Shown here piece by piece: positions 1 through 11,680 of a DNA stretch of 64,000 bases. Source of the DNA: Bispira polyomma (lineage: Eukaryota); NCBI GenBank assembly GCA_965649765.1, contig OZ287750.1, forward strand, positions 70,060,001-70,124,000. The letters are read 5' to 3'. The notes below the pieces were generated by a model. The model was not told the DNA's origin and did no database searches. It worked only from the letters and a program-made list of their open reading frames with translations. The translations under genes were made by a program, and so were the position numbers. How positions within the stretch are numbered: position 1 is the stretch's first letter; each line of letters opens with the position of its first letter.

Positions 1-215
1 GTTGTATGCTGTATTGTATGTATCTGAAGTACCTTGACAAGTAACCTTAAAATGGACATTATTTTTGTGGTGTAAAATGTTAAAATGTAATTTTTCTTTG
101 ATAACTGCCAAATAGTCTAAAATTATTTAAATCAATCACAGATCATGAAAACTAACATGGTAAAATCACAAAAAAGCTCTATGACAAGATTTGAGTATTA
201 CCAGTTAAAAGGCTC

Positions 216-217
<2 letters not shown>

Positions 218-256
<39 letters not shown>

Positions 257-261
257 AAAAA
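218..261. repeat. C29-A15 homopolymer tract in an SMU1 intron
   Basis: Read directly: C 218-246, A 247-261. Confidence 0.9.
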
Positions 262-318
262 TGCTGGATCTACCACTTGTGTTTATTGTTGTTAATGTCT
301 GTTATCACATGTTTGTAG

Positions 319-446
319 GTGTGGAAGATCACATCGGGTCAATGTTTGAGACGGTTTGAGAGAGCTCATGCCAAAGGTGTCACTGCACTGGCCTTCTCAA
401 AAGACAACAGCCAAATATTAAGTGTATCGTTTGACCAAACCATCAG
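319..446 (+). CDS. SMU1: SMU1 internal coding exon ([17 protein letters not shown]...FDQTIR); upstream exons lie outside the window
   Basis: Acceptor tttgtag|GTG at 318/319 and donor AG|gtat at 446/447. The peptide matches the recalled SMU1 WD40 sequence [22 protein letters not shown]. Confidence 0.95.
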
Positions 447-1576
447 GTATGTTTGGGTAACTGGAACTTTGGTAGATAGATATATGGAAACACAGTTTGT
501 GGAGCCCTTCAGTTTTTTCCTTGAATATTCTTTAGTTTGTGACACAAGTATATTATACTTTAGAATGTAAATGTATTTGCATAGAGTCAAAGGACTTGAC
601 TTGTTTATTGATCAATTGTTATTCTCTAGTGTCTCTAAAATTAGTACAGTAGAACCTCTATTATCCAAACATGTGAGGGGGAGAGCAAGATTTTGTTTGG
701 ATAATAGAAGGTTTATCAAATAGAAGAGGCACAAAACAATAGGAAAATATAATTATATAATTAATAATTTGTAGAATAAAAATTCTACGGTAATATTTGA
801 ATGACATTGACAGGTGTCTGACAGCTGTGATTGTGCAATTAAGAATTTGTCAGCATGTTGAATTTGTCATCGGAATGTATTTCACCTAAATATAGTAAGC
901 TCCAAAACTGATGTATATTTAAAATTGTGTTAGATGACCATCCTCGGGTAAAAATAAAAATTGTCTTTAGTAAGGGTCAGTATTTTAAATATTGGCAGTG
1001 AAAAAGATACTATATTTTGACAACCGGGTACCTGATTTTACACCATTTAATGGGTTAAAATTAGTTTTACTTCATTTTTACTAGGTTTACTAATGTTTGT
1101 ATGTGATATATTTTCTTCCAATAAAAGATTACCTGCATTTTAATGCTTTCAAACTGATAAATAAAAATTTCCTAGATATCCCCACAGAAATTGGATTTTT
1201 ATTGAACAATTAACTAAAACCACAGGAAGCAATGGCTGTCATGTTTTCTGGGTGCCGAAATTGAATTTTAATTCGTCAAATATCTTCTAAATTAAGACCC
1301 ATCACCAACAAAAAAATATGCAGCATGTTGTTTATATTTTTAATTTTTCTGCAGTTATTTTGCTGATATTTTGCATTTTACAGCACCATTTTTTAGTGTG
1401 GTTGATTCAGTGAGGCTATATATATGTACATTATTGCACACAATTACTTCACAGGGGTACCTGGGGATATAGTTTCGGGCCTGTCTCACCCGTAGTGTTA
1501 ACATGGTGAAATTTGATTGTACTTGTGTTACAATGTTAAGAAAAGCTGAATAGCACTTTACATAAATTGTTTCCAG

Positions 1577-1678
1577 AATCCATGGTTTAAAGTCAGGGAA
1601 GACGTTAAAAGAATTCCGTGGTCATACCTCCTTTGTCAATGACTGTATGTTTTCTCCCGATGGACATCAGCTTATTAG
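1577..1678 (+). CDS. SMU1: SMU1 coding exon ([34 protein letters not shown])
   Basis: Acceptor ttccag|A and donor AG|gtaagt. Phase 2 at both ends is compatible with the neighbouring exons. Not in the ORF track (too short). Confidence 0.95.
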
Positions 1679-1789
1679 GTAAGTGCAGAGGCAATTTAAA
1701 TGTTATCAGGGTGTTTTTTATTGACTATACAGCTTAGCTGGTCAAAAATTTTACTCTTTCGAATTTTATCACAATAGACAGTTTACTTG

Positions 1790-2100
1790 CGGAGGAAAGC
1801 AGTACAGCCTAGCATACATATTCAAAATTTAACAAATTCGTGACTTTGGCGGCCATCTTGAATTTTTGCGAATTGAGCACAATTTTAGATTATGCAACCT
1901 TGGTGGATATCCTGAATTTTTGCGTCATTTAAAAAATTGCCGATATCTCAAAACCGTACGAGATAGAACAATTTTGAGCGATATTTGGACCCACTAAGGT
2001 ATCTAGCATGCGAAGACCAAACATAGTTTTTTATTTAGATTTTGCCATTTTGGCGGCAATCTTGAATTTTTACGTCATTTTATAAATGGGTGATATCTCA
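1790..2100. repeat. Intronic interspersed repeat with reiterated GGCGGCCATCTTGAATTTT motifs (Helitron/HINE-like, family uncertain)
   Basis: Motif variants near 1848, 1905 and 2052; CpG-richer than its flanks. Confidence 0.4.
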
Positions 2101-2965
2101 AAAAAAGGTGCACAGCTGCATTTCAGAGTCGGTGGATACAATCCTGTATTGCATAGGCCAGGTCTAATTTGTAGTCCTACAAAAGAATTCTGTTTTAAAA
2201 TCCACCATGTTAAGTACAGGTATTTCTCCTGGTCGCTTAAGGTTCAACTATACAGGATAAAACCAGAGCAGAACTGACTGTAGTTACCTAAAAACTTTAT
2301 TGGAGTCCTTCTACATTTAAAAACATTACCATTGGACATCATACCTTCTAGGTAGTTGTTATGTGAAGTGTAATATGTTGACCCCCTCAATCCTCATCCC
2401 CTCTTTTTTACAAGATCATTTTTCTCACCACCCGACCCAACCCCCCCCTGCTCCACCCCTACCTCTACTTTCTCCCTAAGTACTGAACATTAGCTGCGGG
2501 TTAGTACTGCAGAAATCATTATTCCGTAATTTGTATTTTTAGCCTTACTCTTGTGTTGGGCTGTTGATAAATGGTTGTACTGGTTCATTTTTAGTAACAG
2601 TACTTGAGTTCATCTTTCCAACTTGATTCCTCAAACATATTAGCCTATTATCGCTCACGTATTGTTTAATATACCTAAAATACCTTGTAAATCTGCATTT
2701 CCGGCCAATAATATCAATACCTGTTTGTCTTTTCCTATAAGTATCATTAATTTATTGCAAATTTTGTGATATTGCATGAAATATTTAGCGATTTTTTGGG
2801 AAAAATGATGTTTCCGGAAGTCACCATATTGTTAAAGACATGCTTGTCAGTGGTCTATATTGTACGAGTACTCGGAAAGTTGGGCCGAGTTTCAGAGTGC
2901 GCGTGCTAGCACCCATATTCTTGTGCCTGTCCCATCCATACTGTTGTGTTGTTGTGTTTTTCCAG

Positions 2966-3158
2966 TGCAAGTTCTGACGGCACCATTAAAATCTGGAATG
3001 TAAAGAGTACCGAGTGTACAAGTACATTCAAGTCACTTGGGGGTACATCAGGAAGTGACATCACAGTGCACAGTGTTCATCTGTTACCTAGAAACACGGA
3101 ACAGTTTGTTGTCTGCAATCGCTCCAACACAGTGGCCATCATGAACATGCAGGGACAG
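2966..3158 (+). CDS. SMU1: SMU1 coding exon ([17 protein letters not shown]...[17 protein letters not shown])
   Basis: Acceptor tttccag|T and donor CAG|gtcagt; lies inside ORF 2946..3194. Confidence 0.95.
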
Positions 3159-3216
3159 GTCAGTGTTGTCACATGTTTTTTGAGTCAAACATAAACAGAT
3201 GAGACTTGATGAACGG

Positions 3217-3280
3217 ATTACCACTATAAAACTGCAGTGATTACCACTATAACACTGCAGCGATTACCACTATAACACTA
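3217..3280. repeat. 23-bp tandem repeat (GATTACCACTATAACACTGCAGT), about 3 copies
   Basis: Three successive gattaccactata units are visible. Confidence 0.85.
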
Positions 3281-3589
3281 AAGGAATTATCATTATTGAC
3301 TGAAATGTCAATCATCAAGAAACAAAAATATTTTCTTGAAAAAATCCAAGTTACAAAAGTTTAAAAAAAAATCAAAATGCTTAATTTTTCCAGTCATTGA
3401 AATCCTGCTTTAAATCAATAATTTAAATCAAACAACCCTGGTGTTGTATAAGTGATGGGAGTTCATTGTAGCATTCAATACCTGTGAAGTGGTGTTCCCT
3501 GTATCTCGGGATTGGCATTATATCCATTTTGTGACTCCATTGATTTTGACTCCATTGACTTCTAAAATTATGATACTTTTATTTTGTAT

Positions 3590-4190
3590 GAAGATACCAT
3601 AACTTTAAAAGTTTGGGCATTCTTTGTTTGGTAGTCACACTTTAATGTTAAAAATGACTTCTGATTTCGGGACAATAACTAAAAAAGTATTGTACTAATA
3701 TCTTCCTAAGTTGGCATGAGGATGTACTTGGGCCTGGAGAAAATCTTGATTTAACTCCTAATGATAACGAAATATGAGCAACTTTAAGGTTACAAAATTG
3801 ACTTCTGCTTTCTATAAATAACTAAAAAACTGTTGTCATTGATTCCATCCAAGTTTGGTATGTAGATGGGCATGGCCTTGAAAAGGTTCCTTATATTAAG
3901 GGGACCTTTAAATAGGGATGATTAACAAGTAACAGTGATAAAGCTTTCGTACAATTACTTAAAATGTATTTCACAGATTCAATTTAATTTTAAATGTATT
4001 GGGGCATGGAGATGATCACTATTATAATGTGACCTTAAACTTGCAGTAGTAACTAGATGTTATTCTGAGTGATCTGATGACCTAAATCCCTAATGATAGG
4101 GAAATAGGTGTGATTTTAGTGTCACAAAATTGATTTCTGCTTTCTGGACAAGTCTCAAGATGATCCCATAATTGACTATGATTGGTCTCA
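3590..4190. repeat. Degenerate ~150-bp tandem units, probably a Helentron/HINE-type non-autonomous element
   Basis: The motif aaa(t)tgacttctg...ataactaaaa...aagtt(t)gg(c/t)atg recurs near 3650, 3795 and 4125. Confidence 0.45.
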
Positions 4191-6440
4191 AGCATGCACA
4201 TCTCTAGTTACATAATATTTTCTAATATTATTTACAGTGGTGAAAAAGATTTTTTTCTTGGTTATTGAGAAATAGCTAATACTAAAGTATTTACCATTTG
4301 CAATCGCAGTATTATCAAGTATTATACATGTGTACAAATTGAATTCTCATCAAATCATTTATAATCGACCCCCTTCATTACCCATGGGCCTTGGTGCAGT
4401 AGTCCATAATGCTGAAGGAAGTTATCGGGTAACAGGTGGCAGCTTCTACTGTATTATGTACAAGTAAAGACTGGGCCAAAAGAGTATCCTCATATTTAAG
4501 ACATGGACACAAACTTGGCATCAATAGGAGAGACCATGCTAAGTTGTCCAGGTGTCATATTTACCTACAGTTATCATCTTAAACTCATTTTTATGGTTTA
4601 ACTCCAGCAGCATAGATTTCCTGATTAATGGCAAGAACCTAGATATAAAATCAGTCATTTTAACAGAGCTTTCAGCAAAGAAATAAAGTCAGATTTTAGA
4701 TGCATATCTTGGACACAAAGATTCTAAGGAAGTATCTGCAACTGGAGATGGACAGTTTTAAGGGATACTACTCAAAATATAAGTCATTTAAGGGGTAAAA
4801 GGAACATCAAGCAAAAAAAGAATGAATAAAAAAAAAATTTAAAAAAATCAACAAAAAAATGATAAATATTTTATATCTATGGTTGTGTTGGTAAGGTTAT
4901 TTATTTTGTTTTGTCCATTGCATTAATTATGTTATTGTTTGATTTATCTTTGTATATTGCAAATGTGATATTTGACAATGCTGTAAGCTGAAAACTTTCT
5001 AGTTTTTGTATTGACAATTTATCCCAACAAATCTTTGAATCAAATTATAAATGTAGTATTTGTTGATATTTGTTAAATTTTCTTTCCAGTATTTATTTAA
5101 CATAGAAAACCTGAGAAAAAAATAACAACAAAGAATCCAAACAGAGAACAAATGCCATTTGTTTGAGTTCTTTTTCTAGAGGGCTTGAGGAGAGGGTCAT
5201 TAAGGAAGAGTCTTTCACAGTCACACAGCTGTCACAGACCTGTAACACCTTGTTAGTACTTTTACCATACCATGCTCACAGTGCATAGCAGGGTATAGTG
5301 CTGGAAGACTTGCTGACTAATTGGCTGGTCACTGTACAGTTTTTGTAATCCATGATATTGTTGAAGGGCCAATTATCAAATGATCCTAACGGGGGCTATC
5401 ACACCTGTCTCTATTAAATATCTTGATTTAGTTAATTTCCACCTTTTTTGGATGGAGATAAAAACGCTTTCCTTATTTAAGACCCTTTTCCCATTGTTCA
5501 AAAAAGAAAGAAAAATGGGTAATTTAATGAAAACAGTGTGTCTATATTTAAAATATTGTAAGGTATATAAACGTTTAATTACAATATGTATTATGCAAGT
5601 TTAATCTAAACCACAAACCTGTACCTTCAGATGTGTAGTTTATTGTAAATACTTGCATAATCACATAAATAAATTAATGTGGCAAATTAATGTGCTTCTT
5701 TATACAGTAAAACATTTTGTTATCTCAACTGCTGGTTTGAATAAATAGTACTTTCTCTACACCCTAAAAAAAAATTTACATTACCTAAGATGCCACTTCT
5801 ACTTATAAACATAGTTTTCCTTAGGTTTCCGGGGAATAAGGTTTTCCTTTAAGTTTGTGTTATTATACTTTGAAGTAAAAGGTTAGGTTTCACAAGATCC
5901 AATAACTAGCGCCAATAAATGAAGTGCTTCTTTCATTCCTATAAACAGGTATTTTTCATTAGCCATGCTGAGGCTGTGGATTTTAGTCATTAGCTTAATT
6001 TCCATTCAAAGTGTACCAATTTAAGTATCGAACAATACTATACTATAAGGAGTCAACTAAATGCCAGTTGCACCATTATAGAAACAGATTTGCAGAAATA
6101 GAAACTGTAATGCAATATGTATGTGTGCACCTTAAGCCTCATGAAGGCTACATTTGAATAGGATCATCAGATCATCAGATGGTTATGTACTATTTATGGG
6201 GGCAGTTGTTCAAAATGGCTAGCTATAAGGACTATTAAATCACTATTTAATCGGCTACACCTGTAGCCTCAGCTGTTATCATCAGACCTTAGAAATTTAT
6301 GCTTTGTATCGATATGTCTTTGTCTTTTAGTCAGTAATAATACCTACCATAGAAACCTCTGTTATCTGAAATTCTGCTATCCAAATATTCAATATTATGA
6401 ATTTATTGCCACTCACCAAAATACATTTGAACTCTGTTAA

Positions 6441-6598
6441 CAGTCAAATCTGGAGGGACCATAACAATTTTTCTACTCAATAGAAATTCTATTTACCAGG
6501 GTAAATGTTAATTATAAATATAACAGTGGGGTCTTACAATGACTTCCACATTACAGGTAATTTCACTTATTGGAGTTCTACTTAAAAGGGTTTGACTG
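6441..6598. mobile_element. Short Tc1/pogo-type MITE
   Basis: Termini CAGTCAAA...TTTGACTG followed by TA. Similar TA-CAGT ends occur at ~646, ~9116 and 9388-9558. Confidence 0.45.
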
Positions 6599-6642
6599 TA
6601 TAAATGTTCCTATTTTATGCTAAAATGGCTCTGTTTCTTTGA

Positions 6643-6855
<213 letters not shown>

Positions 6856-7347
6856 TAAGTGTATCGACAGTGTATTAGTAATACATGCAATAATAAGCTT
6901 CAATTCTTCTACAGACAAAACTAGAGACTTTACTGTAAGTTGTTAATATGGCCATAGGTTACTGCGTAAGTGGTGTATTACATACTATATAGGTTATGAT
7001 ATATATGTTTTCACCTGGCTTGTCCTGACAGGCGGATGAGCTGCTGCTTTTACAATTTAACCAGGCCAGTAATCAGGAACCTTGAGGCCGAGGAGAAGTC
7101 CATATTTGTGTACAGATATTTTTTTGCGGTGTACAACGTCATGGTTTGACTTTACCGAAAGTCTGTGTGTGTTCGGAATCACTATTTTTTGTTAGTTTTA
7201 GTTTTTTTGAGGTGGTACTGTATTGTAGGTTTAATCTTCTTGCAGTAATACCTAGTTACTGTCGGGGGTTATTTTGTACATCTATTTCTTATAAACGTTG
7301 ATGTTACACTCTATAGCCAGAGCTTTTTGCTCCTTCTGTATTTGTAG

Positions 7348-7446
7348 GTTCATGAGAAAGACGTCATTGGTATTGTTCATCACCCTCACAACAATCTCGT
7401 TGCTACATATGCAGAAGATGGATTACTGAAGTTATGGAAGCCATAA
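7348..7446 (+). CDS. SMU1: SMU1 terminal coding exon ([32 protein letters not shown])
   Basis: Acceptor tttgtag|GTT; ends with the conserved SMU1 C-terminus LKLWKP then TAA at 7444-7446. Confidence 0.95.
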   Translation, partial: VHEKDVIGIVHHPHNNLVATYAEDGLLKLWKP

Positions 7447-7659
7447 ACTACTCCTGGTTTTAACCCCAAATTGACTGTATTCGATCATGTAACATGTCAT
7501 AGTGTTTCATGGTTTTATTGGAGGTATCACCACACTTCCTATTATCGATCAAGAACAAAATATCCCATTTTACTGGTTTATGTTCAGGGCTGATTGTTTG
7601 GCATTTTAAATGTAAACAAACTTCTCCTATATATGAAAATATATGAGGTTATAACAGGT

Positions 7660-7665
7660 ATTAAA
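7660..7665 (+). terminator. Candidate SMU1 polyadenylation signal (ATTAAA); alternative AATAAA at 7902-7907
   Basis: Hexamer about 215 nt after the stop, followed by T-rich sequence; position only. Confidence 0.35.
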
Positions 7666-10391
7666 TTGTTGAAATACATTTTTATACTTTTTCTGCTTAC
7701 GTGATTGATAATCGGAAGCATGGAGATAATGTCTCAAACAAAAGCATGTTGTAAAAACATGCCCTCAATAATTTCTAAAGGTGTAATTATATATTGAAAA
7801 AAACAATATATACCAAATATGTTTTTTCCGACACACGACGCCATTTTAGGATTTATATGTTCAGAAAGAGGAACTAATACACTTTCTGACGCTTTTTACA
7901 GAATAAAACCGATTGAATAGTCTTTATTTTATACATACAGCTTTTATTGTAGCTATGCTGTATAAAAACTCAATCGTTTTTTTTTTTTATGTAGGAGAGG
8001 TTTTATGTGACACTTTATGTTAAAATGGGCAAAATCTTAAATTTTTGATATTATGTCACTGGATGTCTGTTTTGGCCGTAAAACTTAACCCGTTTCTTAC
8101 ATTGGCGACACCTCCTTGTGCCTTTGAGAAATGTGGTCACTGAATGCTTGTTAAAACAATATATTGCAATGTGATATTGGAAAACCAACATGTGTTAGTA
8201 CATCATTTTTACAGTAATATCTTTGAATATCGCTCACTTCTCTGTAAGTTAGAAATAAAGTGTCAGAGCGTACAATATATTTGTAAGATTTTAATTAGAA
8301 ATTAAGCAATGAATATATTAAATATTACTCTAATTTTCGACATTTACAATTTGTCAAAGTATTTGTTCATGGACTCTTTTGATTTTGAAAGTTAATTTTA
8401 CAAATGTATATATACTGAAATATGATACAATGAATTGTAATACATATTGTGAATACAATTTGAATATCGCAATGTATAGCAACACAATATTTTCAGGTAA
8501 AATACTCGGCCGTAATAATAAGCCATCTGCTTGTCAGATGGTGGTGTGTTTGACAAGGTTATTCCATGAAAACTGTGTATTGTCATGGACAGTGAATTCC
8601 AGAGGGGTGCAGATTTGTTAAGCGCTCAAAACATCTATTTCATGGTATCTTTTTCTGAAAGCTTCCATTGATTAAATAAAAGGCTGTATCTATATGAATA
8701 ATTCACCTAGAAGTTTCATTTTTCTATTACCAGAAAGCTCTTATTATGTGCCTTATGATAGTTTTCACCAATTTCAATTCAAATGAAATGGTAATAAAGA
8801 TATTGTTAATATCAAATCCACTGACTGCGACTTTACATCTATATTAAGTATGACAACAGTTACATGTAAAAGATTTTTAGAACCCAAGAAAAAAAACCAA
8901 ATTTAAATCAATTTTTTTATTATTTTAGCGAAACAGATAGTATTACATGAACAAACTTTTGTCTGACAAGATTGCCCTACATTTATTTCACTCCAACTAA
9001 TGTTCATCAAATGTTAACCATAAAGCAGTTGAACATTTAAATTCATGCAATCTTTCTTAATGCAGGATGTCATTTTTCAGTATCTGTTGTAAATAGTCTT
9101 GTTTATATGTTAAATACAGTCAAACCTTGTTCAATAGAATCAGACAATCAGAATGTTTTACTTGAGCAGAATTTTAACTTAAAGCAGTGTCAATTTTAAT
9201 GTCCAGTGAAGTGATTCTCAACATAGTCCAGTGTATTGGATTTTTAACATATATGGTGTAATAAAGGTTAGATCTAAATTTGGTAAATTAGCAATATTTC
9301 ATATTTTCCATATAGAATCACGGAGGTAATTTTTTACACAGTTTCTATGTGGTACAAAGCTGCCGTTCGATCTCAGCAACTCAAATTACAGTGGAACACC
9401 TCTATTGTCTAACCTTCTATTTTCTGAATATTTGATTTTACAAACACATTCTAAACCTCACCAATTTATGCTTCCTGGTGTTTCATGCACAAAAAAAAAA
9501 CCCTTTTCTATTTGCTGTTGTGTTTCTATTATGTTCAGATAACAGGGGTTCTGATGTACAAACAAAACAAACGTCTTATTATTTGTTCTAGTTTGTAGAG
9601 GTAACTTCATATTGTATTCCTTGTAAATTTAAATAATAAAATAAATACCTTCATAAAATGTTCTCTTATCTGTATGGCTTTGACAACTGATATCTCTTGT
9701 GTTTAATGGGTAAATATTTTCTGTGTAACAAGATCGTTGTCAAAGGTGAAATTCTATCAGTATTGACTGATATATTGCGGCATACTAAGAAACTGGATAA
9801 TTTTCGTAGCAACAAAAACTATGCCGAAACTAAAACAGGAAGTGGCAACCACTAAATTATTTATATGTGGATTTACTAGTAAAAAAGTGTTACATTATCC
9901 AGAGAAAGTATATGAAAGTGGTAAAATAACAACAAATTTGATTCAAAAGCATTGCTCGTTATGCATACACTACCCATTGATATTGTATTACAATATACAT
10001 TATTAACCTACTTTGTTGATGCGATGCAAGGCATCTTCTAAAGCATAACACCGGAATCAATTAACCAATCATGTGTCCTACAACAAACATCAATAGGCAA
10101 TGGTGTGTTCACATCTTGTCCAAGAATGTTGTCCCACCAATGAACCCAGCATAATTAGAATGATTTAAATAGACTTTTCGATCACTGACTAACTTTCCCC
10201 ACTCCTTACCAGTAGTTAAACCAGGGACCTTTAGATCAGGAGACTAACTCCTTAACCACATATTAGCCAAGAACAAAAGCAACAATATTGCCAATATTGA
10301 TTTTATATTTGTTTTCTTTAGTGGGATTCTCCATTTACTATATTATGTACTTATTCTAATGATCTCAGTAAATGTCCTCGTCATTTACTGG

Positions 10392-10647
10392 GGGGCCGCG
10401 GTGGCCTAGTGGTTAGCAAGCATTGCGCTTCACAATCACTGGTCTCTCACCTCTGGGCGGCGTGAGTTCAAATCCTGTCAATGCCTATGTGGGAAAGGTG
10501 GCAGTTCCATACTGTGGGCCGCTGGTATAAGTGCAGAACCTTGATCAACTGTATGGAGTGTTTCCTCCAGCGTTTCCAACTACCCGTCCCAATATAACCT
10601 AAACAGGTACTAGAGTGGACGTTAAATATCCAAACTCAAATTCAAAT
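10392..10647 (+). mobile_element. Full-length tRNA-derived SINE with 14-bp target-site duplication
   Basis: A box TGGCCTAGTGG (10402-10412), B box GTTCAAATCC (10466-10475), (TTCAAA)n-like tail. TSD TCGTCATTTACTGG at 10378-10391 and 10648-10661. More copies at 41265 and 43687. Confidence 0.9.
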
Positions 10648-11680
10648 TCGTCATTTACTGGAACTACACTGCCCACTACATGCACTAAACATCCATTATC
10701 CAAACATATTGGAATAGAAAAGTTAATAAAATTTAGATAGGGAAGAGGTGCTTTAGTATAAAACAACAGAAAACTGTTATATTATTGTGAAAAAGCTACT
10801 TGCCATTTTCAATCAAATGCTACATGTGGGGGCCATTTAATCCCACAGGCCAAACAAACAGAGGAATGTTTAGTGCATTAAAGTACAGACCAGGGGAGGG
10901 GAGCAGACCATATGAAGAATGACGTAGCTGGGAGGGTCCACTACCAAATAGGGCATATATCTGAAGGTCACTTCATTATTTGTTTGGCCATTTGGATGGA
11001 AAAAGTGGTGAATACAACTACAAACTGTGAATATGGTGCAACTGTGGTCCAGGATAGTTTACAAAAGGCAAATCAATCATTCTAGCCACAATCTTCAAGT
11101 ACTGTACCTACTTAACTACAATTTTTAGGAACATGCATCACATTCAGATCCTTACCTATGTGTACTGTTTAAAAATTCTATCGAAAAAGCAAGTGATCAA
11201 ATGGAGTAGGAAGTGACCTTCAGATATATGCCCTATTTGGTAGTGGACCCTCCCAGCTACGTCATTCTTCATATGGTCTGCTCCCCTCCCCTGGTCTGTA
11301 CTTTAATGCACTAAACATTCCTCTGTTTGTTTGGCCTGTGGGATTAAATGGCCCCCACATGTAGCATTTGATTGGAAATGGCAAGTAGCTTTTTCGCAAT
11401 AATATAACAGTTTTCTGTTGTTTTATACTAAAGCACCTCTTCCCTATCTAAATTTTATTAACTTTTCTATTCCAATATGTTTGGATAATGGATGTTTAGT
11501 GCATGTAGTGGGCAGTGTAGTTCCAGTAAATGACGAATTTGAGTTTGGATATTTAACGTCCACTCTGGTACCTGTTTAAGTTATATTGGGACGGGTAGTT
11601 GGAAACGCTGGAGGAAACATTGCATACAGTTGATCAAGGTTCTGCACTTATACCAGCGGCCCACAGTATGGAACTGCCAC
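10498..11680. repeat. Large inverted duplication: arms 10498-10974 and 11210-11680, 235-bp spacer
   Basis: The arms are reverse complements apart from about 6 substitutions and one 6-bp tail-unit indel, by eye. Confidence 0.95.

Noticed and set aside
10392-10480. Possible tRNA gene
   Set aside because: A and B boxes are present but there is no convincing cloverleaf or oligo-T terminator. It continues into a repeated body and tail with a TSD, so it is a SINE head.
10498-11680. Foldback transposon or MITE with long TIRs
   Set aside because: The arms begin in the middle of a SINE and include its TSD and flank, and no TSD surrounds the structure. A local inverted duplication explains it better.
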